This document shows, piece by piece, positions 48,023-59,153 of a DNA stretch of 64,000 nucleotides; position 1 is the stretch's first letter, and the number at the start of each line of letters is the position of its first letter. Below the pieces are notes generated by a model. The model was given only the letters and a program-made list of their open reading frames with translations. It did not search any database and was not told the DNA's origin. The stretch is taken from positions 2,368,001-2,432,000 of the forward strand of contig OZ242010.1 of NCBI GenBank assembly GCA_965204745.1, written 5' to 3'. A program made the translations under genes and the position numbers. The stretch is from Candidatus Latescibacterota bacterium. Lineage in GTDB: Bacteria > Latescibacterota > UBA2968.

Positions 48023-50380
48023 TCAGGGCTCGAGTGCGTGCCGCGCCTTGAGTTGGGCGATGAAGTTGGGGTCGAAGGTTTTGAAGTGATCTACAATGTC
48101 ATTGCCGAGCGCGGTATTGAGATGGGCGTGTTGCACGGCTTTGTCGATTTCCACGATGCCGGTGCGGTCGATCAGTTCGGGACGCGCTTTGCCGTTGATG
48201 ATCGGCGCGTGCAGGGTGCAGTTGGTGAACCGCGTTCCCAAGCTGCTTTTCACCGCGTAAAAAACAGCGGGCACTTTTCGCACGTCGGGCTGGAAGCGGC
48301 AGGTGTCGAAGACCAATTCCCCGCGCAGGCCCGGCGCCTGAACCGCGTTGATCCCACAGCGTTCAAAGAACGCGCTGGCAATGCACTGCCCCAAGTAAAT
48401 GCCGATGTTCTCGCAATCCGAAAAGCGAATGAGCGGACGAAGCGCGTGCGAATCCGCGTAGTCATGGGCCCTTTCCGCGCCGATGAGGAGGTGCATGGCT
48501 TCGGGATCAGCGGGATTGGTGGGCGTCAATTTTTCGAGTTGCACGTCAGCGCAAATCAGGGTGCAGTTGGGGATGAGTCGGTTGCCGTCGTACGCGCTCT
48601 TTTGGCGCAGGTCGTAGTGGTGCGGGTCGGGAATGCGGATGAGGCGCACGCCCTGGTCGCGGCCTTCCACGAGGATGTTGCGAAACGCGATGCGGCGGGG
48701 AAAAAAGAGGCGTGCATTTTCGGCTGTTTTGGAAAAGGGCGCGATGTCCATCAGCCAGCACGGGTCTTTTGATTCGGGCACCGCACTGTAATCCACGATC
48801 ATATCTTCAATTTTGACACTTCTTGCAAAGCCGATGGGGTATTGGTAGTCGAACTTGTCCGGGTGGTAGGCGAGCACGGCGACTTTGCCTTTGCCGCTGG
48901 GCTTCAGTGTGCAGTTGCGGAGGTGGATGTGACCGTCCCATTTGGCGCCGTAATCCCGCCGGAAATTGACGAATTGATTGCCGTAGCGCGTGGTGTTTTC
49001 GATGACCAAATCCCCGCCGCCGGTGACGGAGATGCCTTTGAAGCCAATCGCGCAATGGCCGATGTAGAGGTTCCAGCAGTGAAAGTGAACGTCAATGCGG
49101 TTGAGGCGACAATTTTCAACGCGAAAATTTTTGTTGAGATTGGTGCCGAAAAATCCCCACGCGACCCAGCCGCCCTCGGCGGTCAAATTGCGAAATGTGC
49201 AGTTGAGCATCCGTGCGCCGCTGATGCCATAGGTGCCCGCGGCCAAGACGCGATCAGGGGTGCGGCGGTTTTTCTCCCAGGGCATTGCGCGGATATTTTC
49301 CAAGGTCACGTCATAGACATGGCCGAGCACGTAAAAGCCGCGGCGGGGTTGCATGGACATATCGCGCTTGCCCGTTTCCAAGCCCATCCACTGCTGGCGA
49401 ATGATGGTGCGACTGCGGTGGATGGCGATGCCGTTGTGGCGATACCCGGTGTACGTTTCCCCCGGCACGTCGCCAGAAAAGTAAAACCCGCCGCCTTCGA
49501 CGACGAGGTACTGGTCGTTGCAGGGCGTGGCCGCGATGGTCGTGAAATTTTTGAATGCCCAAGCGATGTCGCCGATGACGCGGCCTTCTTCTTCCACGTA
49601 AAAAAATTCTTCGCGCGCCCACCCGGCTTTGGAATAGTTGCCTGCGCGAATGCCGATGCGGTCGCGCGAATCTGCAACTGTGATGAGATGCCCCGCATAA
49701 GGGGCCAGTTCCGGAATGAGTTGCACGCCGGGTTTGAGTTGTTTGAGCAAGGCCGCTTTGAGGTCCTCGTCTCGCGTGAGGTCTTTCTCCGCTTCGTCAT
49801 TGCGAACGATGAAGCGCGGTTTGTTTTTTGCGTTGTGTTTTTCGTCGATGTGAAAGGTCGTTTTGCCCCAATGCACGTCGGTCGCGATGGGGATATCGTG
49901 CGTCTGTTTGATCCAGTATTCGCCCGCGCGATTGACGATTGGAACGCCGCGTGCGTTCGCGTATTCATGCGCCAACTTGATCTGCGCGCCATCGTCTTGG
50001 ACGCCATCGCCGACTGCGCCGAACATGGCGTAGTTCACAGCGCGATTTTCCACCAAAACCGCCATCAGGTCATTTTGGAGAGCGATGACGTCAGCACCGT
50101 TGGGCTGGGTTTCGCTATCGCGTTTTTGGATGCGATAGAATGCCGCGCCGCCATCGCCCGGTGCGTAAAACCCCGCGGTTTCGGCGAACGAATCACCGTC
50201 CCCCGCCTGGGATTTCATGGCCCGAACTGTGGGATAGCGCGTCAGGCGGATGTTTTCTGTCGCTTGCATTTCGGTCTCCTCGGCGAGTGCGCGTGCGCTG
50301 TGGTGCGCGAGGACGATACCACTCGCGCCGATACCAGCCATTGCTTTGCGTCTGGACATGTGGTTCTGCGGTTCAGACAT
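48023..50380 (-). CDS. Tat-exported pectin-lyase-fold / tailspike-like protein
   Basis: SRRKAMAGIG signal; TAGFYAPGDGGAAFY and FGAVGDGVQDD motifs; RBS ggagg before ATG 50380. Confidence 0.7.
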   Translation of the reverse strand: MSEPQNHMSRRKAMAGIGASGIVLAHHSARALAEETEMQATENIRLTRYPTVRAMKSQAGDGDSFAETAGFYAPGDGGAAFYRIQKRDSETQPNGADVIALQNDLMAVLVENRAVNYAMFGAVGDGVQDDGAQIKLAHEYANARGVPIVNRAGEYWIKQTHDIPIATDVHWGKTTFHIDEKHNAKNKPRFIVRNDEAEKDLTRDEDLKAALLKQLKPGVQLIPELAPYAGHLITVADSRDRIGIRAGNYSKAGWAREEFFYVEEEGRVIGDIAWAFKNFTTIAATPCNDQYLVVEGGGFYFSGDVPGETYTGYRHNGIAIHRSRTIIRQQWMGLETGKRDMSMQPRRGFYVLGHVYDVTLENIRAMPWEKNRRTPDRVLAAGTYGISGARMLNCTFRNLTAEGGWVAWGFFGTNLNKNFRVENCRLNRIDVHFHCWNLYIGHCAIGFKGISVTGGGDLVIENTTRYGNQFVNFRRDYGAKWDGHIHLRNCTLKPSGKGKVAVLAYHPDKFDYQYPIGFARSVKIEDMIVDYSAVPESKDPCWLMDIAPFSKTAENARLFFPRRIAFRNILVEGRDQGVRLIRIPDPHHYDLRQKSAYDGNRLIPNCTLICADVQLEKLTPTNPADPEAMHLLIGAERAHDYADSHALRPLIRFSDCENIGIYLGQCIASAFFERCGINAVQAPGLRGELVFDTCRFQPDVRKVPAVFYAVKSSLGTRFTNCTLHAPIINGKARPELIDRTGIVEIDKAVQHAHLNTALGNDIVDHFKTFDPNFIAQLKARHALEP

Positions 50381-50606
50381 GCGAGCCTCCAATAAAGTCG
50401 GGGCAATGTACAGCGTCCCGCAAGCCGCGTCAAGCAATCGGTTGAGAGGCGTCATTTTATACTTGTTTTGGAATTGATCCGCCCCGAAGCCATCTGGGAT
50501 AAGAACGTTTTTTACAGAGATAATTTCTCTTTTATGTTGGCTTTTGGGCAACTATTTTCTAACTTTAGGATGATAAAACGAAAAATTCATCTTGGGAGAC
50601 AAGAAA

Positions 50607-51968
50607 ATGATAATCAGTTTTTCCGTTGAGAACTGGATGTCTTTCCGCGACCGCGCCACCTTTTCGATGGTCGCCAGCCAAGAAGAGCAACATGGAACGC
50701 GCGTTTCAAAGCTCGGCAAATACCAAACGCGGGTGCTTCCCATCGCGGCGATTTACGGCGGCAACGCATCGGGCAAGACGAATTTTTTCAAGGCCATGAG
50801 TTTTGCCAAAACGCTGGTCGTCAAAGGCAGCCGCCTCGATAGCCTAATCCCGGTCGAGACGTTTCGCTTGGATGACGGGGAAACGACGCGCCCCGCACGC
50901 TTTGCTTTTGCGTTGCTGGCCGACGAGACCATCTACGACTTCAGCTTCGCAGTAACGCGAAGAGCGGTCTTGGAAGAAAGGTTGGTGAAGATCACGAGTA
51001 CCAGCGAAAACGTGCTCTATGACCGTCGCGATGGCAAACCCAACTTCGCACCATCGCTCGCCAAAGATACCTTCCTACAATTCGCTTTTAGGGGAACTCA
51101 GGACAATCAACTTTTTTTGACCAACGCCGTGTCGCAAAAAGTTGACCATTTTAGACCTGTCTATGACTGGTTCAAGAATGCGCTCGTTCTGATCGCGCCG
51201 GACACTCGGTTTGATCTTTTCGAACAATTTCTCGATGAAGGGCATCCACTTTATACGGCCATGAGCGAGTTGTTGCCGCAGCTCGATACCGGAATTGCCC
51301 GTCTCGGCAGTGAAGAAATTCCATTTGAGAATATCCCGCTTCCCGAGTCCTCAAAGCTCGAGCTTCAGGAAGAAGTGCAAGAAGGCGAGAGCATTCGCTT
51401 TTCGAATCCATCGGGGAATGACCGCTTTGTCGTTACCCGCAAGGATGGCGAGTTAATCGGAAAAAAACTGGTCGCCTTTCACCCCAAATCGGACGGTACA
51501 GAAGCCAAATTTGAAATGCGTCAGGAATCGGATGGCACGCAGCGAATCATCGATCTCCTGCCCGCCTTTCTCGATCTTTCGGAGCAAACATCGCAAAAAG
51601 TCTATGTTATTGACGAGGTCGACCGTAGCCTGCATTCCTTGCTGATCCGCAATTTGATCAAAGCATATCTAATGGGTTGTTCCGCGGAAACTCGGACGCA
51701 ACTGCTCCTGACGACCCATAATGTTATGCTGATGGATCAGCAGTTGTTGCGCCGGGACGAAATGTGGGTAACGGAAAGGGATGCGTCCGGCGTGACGGAC
51801 CTGTTTTCCTTCAGCGAGTACGAAGATATTCGTTACGACAAGGATATTCGGAAAAGCTATCTGCAAGGACGGATGGGTGGAGTCCCTCGCATATTGGGAG
51901 AGATTTTCACAAATCTCCATCCCGAGAAGGAAGGAGAGGAGATGCCCGATGCCGTCGAAGAGACGTAA
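50607..51968 (+). CDS. AAA_21 ABC-type ATPase (RloA/AbiLi-like)
   Basis: [52 protein letters not shown]. Confidence 0.9.
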   Translation: MIISFSVENWMSFRDRATFSMVASQEEQHGTRVSKLGKYQTRVLPIAAIYGGNASGKTNFFKAMSFAKTLVVKGSRLDSLIPVETFRLDDGETTRPARFAFALLADETIYDFSFAVTRRAVLEERLVKITSTSENVLYDRRDGKPNFAPSLAKDTFLQFAFRGTQDNQLFLTNAVSQKVDHFRPVYDWFKNALVLIAPDTRFDLFEQFLDEGHPLYTAMSELLPQLDTGIARLGSEEIPFENIPLPESSKLELQEEVQEGESIRFSNPSGNDRFVVTRKDGELIGKKLVAFHPKSDGTEAKFEMRQESDGTQRIIDLLPAFLDLSEQTSQKVYVIDEVDRSLHSLLIRNLIKAYLMGCSAETRTQLLLTTHNVMLMDQQLLRRDEMWVTERDASGVTDLFSFSEYEDIRYDKDIRKSYLQGRMGGVPRILGEIFTNLHPEKEGEEMPDAVEET

Positions 51969-52542
51969 ATTCAGCAGGCCAACCGGCAGGCTATCTTACC
52001 GAAAGCTATTTGTCATTGCCACAGAAGGAACAAAGACCGAGCCTCAATATTTCGACCTGTTCAAAAACAGTAAGCATTTGTTTATCCAGGTCGTAAAAAG
52101 CAAACATCACGCACCGCATCAAGTCTTGGGACGCCTGAAAGACCACCTCAAAGGGGAAGATCTGTCGCCTTCGGATGAGGCATGGCTGGTGGTAGATAAA
52201 GACAAATGGACTGACGATCAGTTGGCGCGACTCCACGCATGGTCACAGGAAGCGGATAATTACGGCTTTGCCCTCAGCAATCCCAAATTCGAGTACTGGT
52301 TGTTGCTCCACTTTGAACCTGGCACGAATATCGGATCATCACGCGAATGTTCAGCTCGGTTGAAGCGGCACTTGCCCAACTACGACAAAGACATTGATTC
52401 CCGGAAGTTCACGCCAGACAGGATCAAAGAAGCTATTGATCGGGCCAAGGCTCGTGATAACCCCCCATGTGCGGATTGGCCGCGCGCATTAGGTAGCACA
52501 ACGGTTTACAAACTGGTCGAGAAAATTTGCCATTTCCAATAA
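51949..52542 (+). CDS. RloB family (AbiLii-like, TOPRIM-like) protein
   Basis: [40 protein letters not shown]; overlaps the ATPase stop. Confidence 0.88.
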   Translation: MPSKRRKFSRPTGRLSYRKLFVIATEGTKTEPQYFDLFKNSKHLFIQVVKSKHHAPHQVLGRLKDHLKGEDLSPSDEAWLVVDKDKWTDDQLARLHAWSQEADNYGFALSNPKFEYWLLLHFEPGTNIGSSRECSARLKRHLPNYDKDIDSRKFTPDRIKEAIDRAKARDNPPCADWPRALGSTTVYKLVEKICHFQ

Positions 52543-52680
52543 ATCACAAACTGCCCGGTTGTATGGGCAGTTTTATTTTTTTATATTCACATTTGTATGG
52601 GCGTTGTGTTGCATGTGCGGACAGGCACGGGGGCTGTCCCTACGGTTGATGGCGGCGTGCGAAGGAAAGACAGGAGAAGA

Positions 52681-52738
52681 CCTACACTCACTGCTCGCCT
52701 TTGAACTGGCTATCGCCAGTTGTATCCCGCTCGTGGCT
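52681..52738. repeat. ~55-bp palindromic repeat (inverted copy at 62267-62322, partial copy at 41437-41465)
   Basis: gctcgcctttgaactggctatcgccagttgtatcccgctcgtggct. Confidence 0.75.
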
Positions 52739-52838
52739 TTTGTGGCTAATCGCGTCTTTGCGTGGCTAACTCCCATCTTCCTCGCAGGAAGATACAAGGG
52801 GGTAGGTCCCATTAAACCAGTTTCTCAAGGATCAAACC

Positions 52839-55800
52839 ATGAATCTCTGGCATTGGGTTGGCATTGGCTTGTTGATGGGTGTTGGCGTCGCGCAGGCGGC
52901 CGAGGTGCGCGTGGTGGCGACAGGCGACAACTGGATTGAAGTCGCCGTGTCCGAGGCGGATTTCGTTCCCACGCAATCGTCGTTTGCGAATGTATTGCAT
53001 CGGCCGGGCGCGCCTGCTGTGCCGGTGCGCGGCGCGATATTGGGCATGCCCTTTGGATCGCGTGCGGTCGTCCAAGTGGTAGAGGCGGACTACGAGGAAA
53101 TCGAAGGCATCGACCTCAGGCCCGTGCCGACAATCCAATGGCTCGGCTCTGAAGATCACCCATTTTCCAGATCGGTCTATGACCGCGATGCCGCCATTTA
53201 CCAACGCCCGGGATTTTACCCCGGCGCCGATGCCGTCATCGCACACACGGGCGTATTGCGCGATCAACAAGTCGCGGCCCTGTCCCTGCGCCCGGTGCAA
53301 TACGACCCCGTGCAACGCAGGCTTCGGATTGCGCGGCACCTGCGCGTGCGCGTGCAATTCATCCCAAGCGCGACCCGGCCCGCGGTTCGACCCGTGCGCG
53401 ACCCAGACGGTTTTGCCCCCGTGTACCAAAAGGGCTTGCTCAACGCGGAACAAGCCCGAAAGTGGCGCGGGCAACGCGCAGTCGCACCAAAACAAACCCG
53501 GGATTGGTACGACCCCACGGCCACGCACTACAAAATCAGAATTTTTGAAGACGGCCTCTACCGCATGGACGCCCGTTGGTTCGCCGAATCCGGCATCGCC
53601 TTATCGGACTTAGACCGCGTGCAACTGTTCTCAAACGGTGTGGAAATCCCCCTACTCGTCGAGGATGGCGGCGATGGCGCGTTGGACGCGGGCGATGGCA
53701 TCGCGTTTTGGGGCGCATTTCGGCGCATGCCAGATCGGGATTTTGAAAACGAGTACGGCAAAGAAAATATTTACTTTCTGCGCGTGGGCCGCGAACCCGG
53801 CCTGCGATACGCCCGCGTCAATGGCACGCCGATAAATAACGCGCCCGAAATCTCGCATTTTTGGTCGCGCAAACACGCCGAAATCGACTCGACTTTTGAA
53901 GCGATGGGCCGCGCGCGCCATGCGGATCGCGATCACTGGTTCTGGTGGCGCACCGCGTCTCCGTCTCACGCAGGTGGTCAGTCCTTTGAGGTGGTGATGC
54001 CCGTGCCACTGCCGGGGTTGGTGCGCGAAGCAGGGGGCAATGCACGGATTCGCCTGGGCATGCATTCGCTGACATTGAATCAAAACATCGACCCGGATCA
54101 CTACGCCGTCATCCGCATTCAAGACGGGCCGATCATCGCAGAAGCGCGTTGGGACGGGCAGGACGCGCATATCGCCACCGGCACGGCGCCCGTGGCCGCG
54201 CTGTCGGATACCACGCATATCGCGTTGCAAACGCCCGGGGATCCGGCGTTTCTGCGCCAACCGATCCCTTATGTCGATCACGTTTTTTTTAATTGGGTGG
54301 AGATCACCTATCCGCGCCGCTTTGCGGCCACGGATGGATTCCTGCGCTTTAACCTGGATAGCGTGCCGTCGCCTCGCACTGTGTCTATCGCCAATTTTAA
54401 CCATGCGCGGATTCGGGTTCTGAATCTGACCGCGCATCAGCTCATCGATCAAGTGCAAGTGGATGGCAAGTTGAACGCGACCTTTGAACTCGCTGAAACC
54501 GGCGATTTTGTGGCGGTGGATGTGACCGCGCTAAAAAGGCCCGAGCGCGCAACCCGAGACATTCCCTCTGATCTGCGCGGGTTCTCCGGCGCGGAATACG
54601 CGATCGTTTCCGGTGCGGATTTTATGAATACAGCCGAGCAACTGGCCGCGCATCGCCGAGCACGCGGCCTATCCACACGCGTGGTCGATGTGGCCGATGT
54701 GTACGACGAATTCTCCTTTGGGCAGGTCGATGCCGAAGCCATCCGCCGGTTCGTACAACACGGATTTCGCTCCTGGACGACCCGGCCCGTGTACGTGTTG
54801 TTGTTCGGAAAATTCAGCTTTGATTATCGCAATATATTTGGGCAAACCCGAGTTGCGCGTGCCAACCTCGTCCCCGGCATGCCATATCAATCCCCGAACC
54901 GGGGCTTGGCATTTACCGACGAATTTTTTGGGCGCATCGACGACGACTTGTTCATGGATGTGTTCGTCGGGCGTTTCTCCATCAGCCGCACGTCCCAAGC
55001 CAACACGGTCGTGCAAAAGGTCATCGATTACGACGAGACGCCGCCGGCGCTATGGCGCGACCGCATCTTGCTCATGGCGAATTGGGACGCGCATGATCCG
55101 CGCAAATTCATCGGCACGAGCGATTCGCTGGCGACATTCACCCGTGCGATTGGGCTGGAAAACTTCAAGGTGCATCACGATGAAAATACCCCGCCCGAGC
55201 CCAATGCCTCGACTCGAGAAGTCATTCGGCAGATCAACGAGGGGCGGTTGGTGGTCAATTTTATCGGGCACGGCAGCGCGGCGTCCATGAACAAATTCTT
55301 TGCCGGCACCTTTCAGCAGGGCGCGTTCAACTACGTCAGCCAAATTCAAAACCGCGAACGCCTGCCCTTGTTTATCGGCATGTCCTGCCTCAACGGGTTG
55401 TACTGGGAACCGCGCCTCATCAGCTTGGCAGAAGAAATGACCAACAAACGCGATGGGGGCGCAATCGCGTACATCTCCGCGTCTTCCCTCGCGTTCATCC
55501 GCATCAACAACGCACTCAATACGGCCTTGTTTTACCACACGTTTGAAAACGGCGTCTTGGCCTTTGGGCAGAGCCTCGCGCTGGCAAAGATGACCGAACT
55601 CTCGGCCCTGCCTTCGAGCGAATTGGGCTTGGTCACGATGAACCTCATCGGGGATCCCGCGCAACAACTCGCCCTGCCCTCTGGGCCGGATCTCGTCGTA
55701 GAAAACATACACCTGGACAGGCGAGGCGACCTGAGCACCGCCGACTCCGTGCGCGTAACCCTGCGCGTGGGCAACTGGGGGCTTTTGCCCGACCGCACTG

Positions 55801-58460
55801 TGGATGTGGTCCTCATAGACCGCAATTTGGACGCCGGCTCAGTCGATACCCTGTTCATGGCGGCACTGCCTCCGTTTGGCACGCGCGACAGCGTAACCGC
55901 GCTCTGGCGTCTCAAAGACCGCGGTGGGCGGCACGCCTTAGAGGCGGTGGTCGATCCGCGCAACGCGATTGTAGAAGGCGATGAATCGAATAACCGCGCC
56001 ACCATCGAGATCGATGTACTCGGCACGCTGGGTGCCGTGCCCTTTGTGCCCTTGCCCAGCCAGACCGTTTCGGACGCGGTCTTCGGCGTGCGATCCGCCG
56101 AGGACAACCGCGACCTCATCGCGGAATTTGAAGTCAGCGCGTCCGGGGATTTTCGCGCCCGAGATGTCCTCCGCTCTGGGGCAGTGTCCGGGGCTGATGG
56201 CGTAATTTTGTGGCGTCCCGCGGGCCTGCGCGACGGGTCGTATTTTTGGCGCGCCCGATTGTCCGATGGGCAAACCGCCGGCCGGTGGTCCGATGCGCGG
56301 CATGTCGCCATAGCGCGCGCCGTGCCCGAGCGGGAGGTCGTCTGGCAACAAGATGGCGCGGTGGCCCTAGCTCGCGGGCAGGCCGAAAACGTCATCGCGT
56401 TTGACGACAACACCATAGGCCGAACCCAGTCCCCGCCGCCGATCCGCTTCGATGTTGCCGAGGCGTCTTTTTCCGCACAGGACGTAGCAGGGGCCGCGGT
56501 TCTGTGTACGGATGGGACTTATTTGTATGTGAAGCGTTTTTTTTCAGCACAACCTCCGTACCCCGGCAACGATTGGTTTGCACGCATCGGCACCGGGTTC
56601 AACGGCACAGTGGCGGGCCAAAATTACGGACGGGTGACGGAAACCCCCATCCGAAGCATCTCCGCGACCTTTCACAGCGATGGATTTATTTATTCTGAAC
56701 ACCGCGACGCGCAATCGGTCTTGAGGATCTCCCCCGTCACCGGGCAGGTCGATACCGTGGAAGTCCCCGACAGATTGCTGGACTTGCTTCGCGGCTTGCC
56801 TTTTGACGCCCATGCGTTGATCACCTCTGATGGCGAGTTTATTTACAATGTGTCCGCCGGAGTCAATGGCGTGCGCCGCGCCGGGTGGACCGTGCGCGTA
56901 TTTGACCCGGCCAATGCGTGGCGCGTGGTGCGGCAATTCACTGTGGAACCCACCGAAACCGGGTTTGGCTATTTGTTCACCGATGGCGCGATAGCCGACG
57001 GCCGGTTTGTCTATTTGATCGAATTTGGCACGGGCCTCACGCATCGCGTGCGCGTGGTCGATGCCCACACCGGCGCGTTTGTCGAAGAATTTGAAAGCGA
57101 TCAAGCTCAGACGGATATTTTGGGCGGGCAATACGATTGGGTGAACAATGTGGTGTGGCTAGGGCAGTTGCGCGGGGGCACGGTCTATCGCTATGCGGGC
57201 CGTCGCTTGCCCGAGTTCGGCGAACTCACCTCCGACGCCATTGGCCCGGCGAGCGCGTGGCAAACCGCAACGATGGCTCTATCGGGCGCGGGCAGGGCCG
57301 AAGTCTCGGTATTGGGCGAGGTCGAGACCGGTACGTTCGCGCCCTTGTCCCAATGGCAAAATCTACCGCCCGGCGCGATTGACTTGCGCGGCATATCCAA
57401 CCCGCGCTTGAAATTGCAGATCAAATTGTTCGGCGAGGGCTTGAATCCGTCTCCTTCCCTGCAAATGTGGACCGCGACTTACCAACCGCTTTCCGACATC
57501 GGCTTGGGCAACTTGCGCGCCGAACCCCTCGAAGCCGATGAATTGCAACCCGTCCATCTGCATCTCGACATCCAAAATCGCGGCCCCCTCAACTCGGCCG
57601 TGGGCGCGCACATCGCCTTTTACAGCGGCCCGCCCGAGGCCGGGCGTCTCATCGGGCGCACGCCCGTGCCCGAAAACGTTTCCCTCGGTCAAATCGCACC
57701 GATGCGCTGGACGTGGCGGCCCGCGCAATGGGCTGGGCAACACACGGTAACGGCCCGAGTGGAAAACGCGCAGGGGATACCGGTTTTTCCCGGCAGACGA
57801 GTCATCGCCGCGGACCCGGTGCAAATTTTACGCAGTTCGGATCGCGACATCCCCACCATTGAAATCGCGGCCCTCGACGCCCTGGGCGAAGTACGCGCAG
57901 AGGATTACTTGCCCTCTGCCCCCGAGTTCCGCATCGCCATGCGCGACACCGCGGGCATCGACCTCTCCAGCATCCGCCTGTCGCTCACAGACGAGATTCA
58001 ATACGCATCCGAACACATCGCAGACCGCGCGGTCACGCCCACGACCCTGTCCTTTGTCTATGCACCGCCCGCGCTCGAAGATGGGTCGTACACCCTCGAC
58101 GTCTCGGCGTCCGACAGGCTGGGCAACGGCCCTGCCAAAGCCGCGCTGTCCTTCCGCATATCCTCAACTCTGACCATTGACCGCGCTCTGGTCGCGCCCA
58201 ATCCCGTGTCCGACACCGGGCACTTCACCTTTGTTTTATCGCAACCATCAGAAGTCACCGTTCGGGTTTATACCCTCGCCGGCCGCCTCGTTCAAGTGCT
58301 GGAAGAACCCTTTGCCCGCGCCGGATACAACCAAATTTTTTGGGACGGACGAGACGCCGATGGGCGTATCCTAAGTAACAATACGTATTTGTACACCGTG
58401 ACCGCAGATGATGGCGAAGCGCAGGCGCGGGTCAAGGACAAGTTGATCGTGTATCGGTGA
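52839..58460 (+). CDS. Secreted C25 (gingipain/PorU-like) cysteine peptidase with CARDB-like and FlgD-Ig tail
   Basis: Signal peptide; propeptide; DVYDEFSFG, NFIGHGS, MSCLNG, LIGDP; DPRNAIVEGDESNN; APNP..WDGRD.DG. Confidence 0.88.
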   Translation: MNLWHWVGIGLLMGVGVAQAAEVRVVATGDNWIEVAVSEADFVPTQSSFANVLHRPGAPAVPVRGAILGMPFGSRAVVQVVEADYEEIEGIDLRPVPTIQWLGSEDHPFSRSVYDRDAAIYQRPGFYPGADAVIAHTGVLRDQQVAALSLRPVQYDPVQRRLRIARHLRVRVQFIPSATRPAVRPVRDPDGFAPVYQKGLLNAEQARKWRGQRAVAPKQTRDWYDPTATHYKIRIFEDGLYRMDARWFAESGIALSDLDRVQLFSNGVEIPLLVEDGGDGALDAGDGIAFWGAFRRMPDRDFENEYGKENIYFLRVGREPGLRYARVNGTPINNAPEISHFWSRKHAEIDSTFEAMGRARHADRDHWFWWRTASPSHAGGQSFEVVMPVPLPGLVREAGGNARIRLGMHSLTLNQNIDPDHYAVIRIQDGPIIAEARWDGQDAHIATGTAPVAALSDTTHIALQTPGDPAFLRQPIPYVDHVFFNWVEITYPRRFAATDGFLRFNLDSVPSPRTVSIANFNHARIRVLNLTAHQLIDQVQVDGKLNATFELAETGDFVAVDVTALKRPERATRDIPSDLRGFSGAEYAIVSGADFMNTAEQLAAHRRARGLSTRVVDVADVYDEFSFGQVDAEAIRRFVQHGFRSWTTRPVYVLLFGKFSFDYRNIFGQTRVARANLVPGMPYQSPNRGLAFTDEFFGRIDDDLFMDVFVGRFSISRTSQANTVVQKVIDYDETPPALWRDRILLMANWDAHDPRKFIGTSDSLATFTRAIGLENFKVHHDENTPPEPNASTREVIRQINEGRLVVNFIGHGSAASMNKFFAGTFQQGAFNYVSQIQNRERLPLFIGMSCLNGLYWEPRLISLAEEMTNKRDGGAIAYISASSLAFIRINNALNTALFYHTFENGVLAFGQSLALAKMTELSALPSSELGLVTMNLIGDPAQQLALPSGPDLVVENIHLDRRGDLSTADSVRVTLRVGNWGLLPDRTVDVVLIDRNLDAGSVDTLFMAALPPFGTRDSVTALWRLKDRGGRHALEAVVDPRNAIVEGDESNNRATIEIDVLGTLGAVPFVPLPSQTVSDAVFGVRSAEDNRDLIAEFEVSASGDFRARDVLRSGAVSGADGVILWRPAGLRDGSYFWRARLSDGQTAGRWSDARHVAIARAVPEREVVWQQDGAVALARGQAENVIAFDDNTIGRTQSPPPIRFDVAEASFSAQDVAGAAVLCTDGTYLYVKRFFSAQPPYPGNDWFARIGTGFNGTVAGQNYGRVTETPIRSISATFHSDGFIYSEHRDAQSVLRISPVTGQVDTVEVPDRLLDLLRGLPFDAHALITSDGEFIYNVSAGVNGVRRAGWTVRVFDPANAWRVVRQFTVEPTETGFGYLFTDGAIADGRFVYLIEFGTGLTHRVRVVDAHTGAFVEEFESDQAQTDILGGQYDWVNNVVWLGQLRGGTVYRYAGRRLPEFGELTSDAIGPASAWQTATMALSGAGRAEVSVLGEVETGTFAPLSQWQNLPPGAIDLRGISNPRLKLQIKLFGEGLNPSPSLQMWTATYQPLSDIGLGNLRAEPLEADELQPVHLHLDIQNRGPLNSAVGAHIAFYSGPPEAGRLIGRTPVPENVSLGQIAPMRWTWRPAQWAGQHTVTARVENAQGIPVFPGRRVIAADPVQILRSSDRDIPTIEIAALDALGEVRAEDYLPSAPEFRIAMRDTAGIDLSSIRLSLTDEIQYASEHIADRAVTPTTLSFVYAPPALEDGSYTLDVSASDRLGNGPAKAALSFRISSTLTIDRALVAPNPVSDTGHFTFVLSQPSEVTVRVYTLAGRLVQVLEEPFARAGYNQIFWDGRDADGRILSNNTYLYTVTADDGEAQARVKDKLIVYR

Positions 58461-58648
58461 GAGGCAAGATCACGGATTAAACGGATGACGCGGATTAAAG
58501 GCAAAAGGCGAAAGCAACCACCGCGCAGGTGCTACAACGCTGATGAACAGACATAGCGAAATTTGGTCTTGTTTTTTGATGCGTTTTTGGGTAAAATTGT
58601 CGAGACCATTGCGTAGTTCAATCCAACTTCCCAACGAGGAGAGGTGTC

Positions 58649-59062
58649 ATGACAGATGCAGAGAAGATCGCGCAACTCGAGCAGAAGATCGCCGATCAAG
58701 ATCAACGGCTCGTTGCACAGGATCAACGGCTCATTGCAATCGAGAAGAACGGGGCAGTATCCGGCGAGCAGGGCAAGCAGAATGCGAAAGAGATTCTTCG
58801 CGTAGAACGGCAAACGACTGACCAGTTCAAGCAGTTGGTGACCCTGATGAACGAAGGCTTTGCTCGCGTGGAGGAACGTATCAACCGCGTGGAGACGAAC
58901 TTGAAGAACGACATCATTCGCGTGGAGACGAACTTGAAGAACGACATCAACCGCATGGAGGAGCGTATCAACCGCGTGGAAGGGCAGATGATCAAATGGC
59001 TGACCGTGATCGTTGGGGTCGCGGTTATCATTATCGGCGCGTTGACATACCTCAAGGGGTAA
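58649..59062 (+). CDS. Coiled-coil protein with C-terminal TM anchor (CCDC90/DUF1640/Bdr-like), copy 1
   Basis: RVEERIN and RVETNLKNDI repeats; MIKWLTVIVGVAVIIIGALTYL; RBS gaggagagg. Confidence 0.85.
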   Translation: MTDAEKIAQLEQKIADQDQRLVAQDQRLIAIEKNGAVSGEQGKQNAKEILRVERQTTDQFKQLVTLMNEGFARVEERINRVETNLKNDIIRVETNLKNDINRMEERINRVEGQMIKWLTVIVGVAVIIIGALTYLKG

Positions 59063-59153
59063 GCGCGGTTGGTCGCCACTCGCCATTGAACGAGCCACTT
59101 TGGATGGGTGTTCTTTTGCGGAGAAATGCGAAACGCAAGACAAGGAGGTGGAG

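Noticed and set aside
48023-50380. Prophage remnant
   Set aside because: No other phage genes are nearby, and the protein has an export signal and host-like composition.
6093-50395. Long antisense ORFs (e.g. 6093-7745, 15125-16612, 23279-24724, 26789-27997, 48842-50395)
   Set aside because: They are shadow frames of well-supported genes in high-GC DNA.
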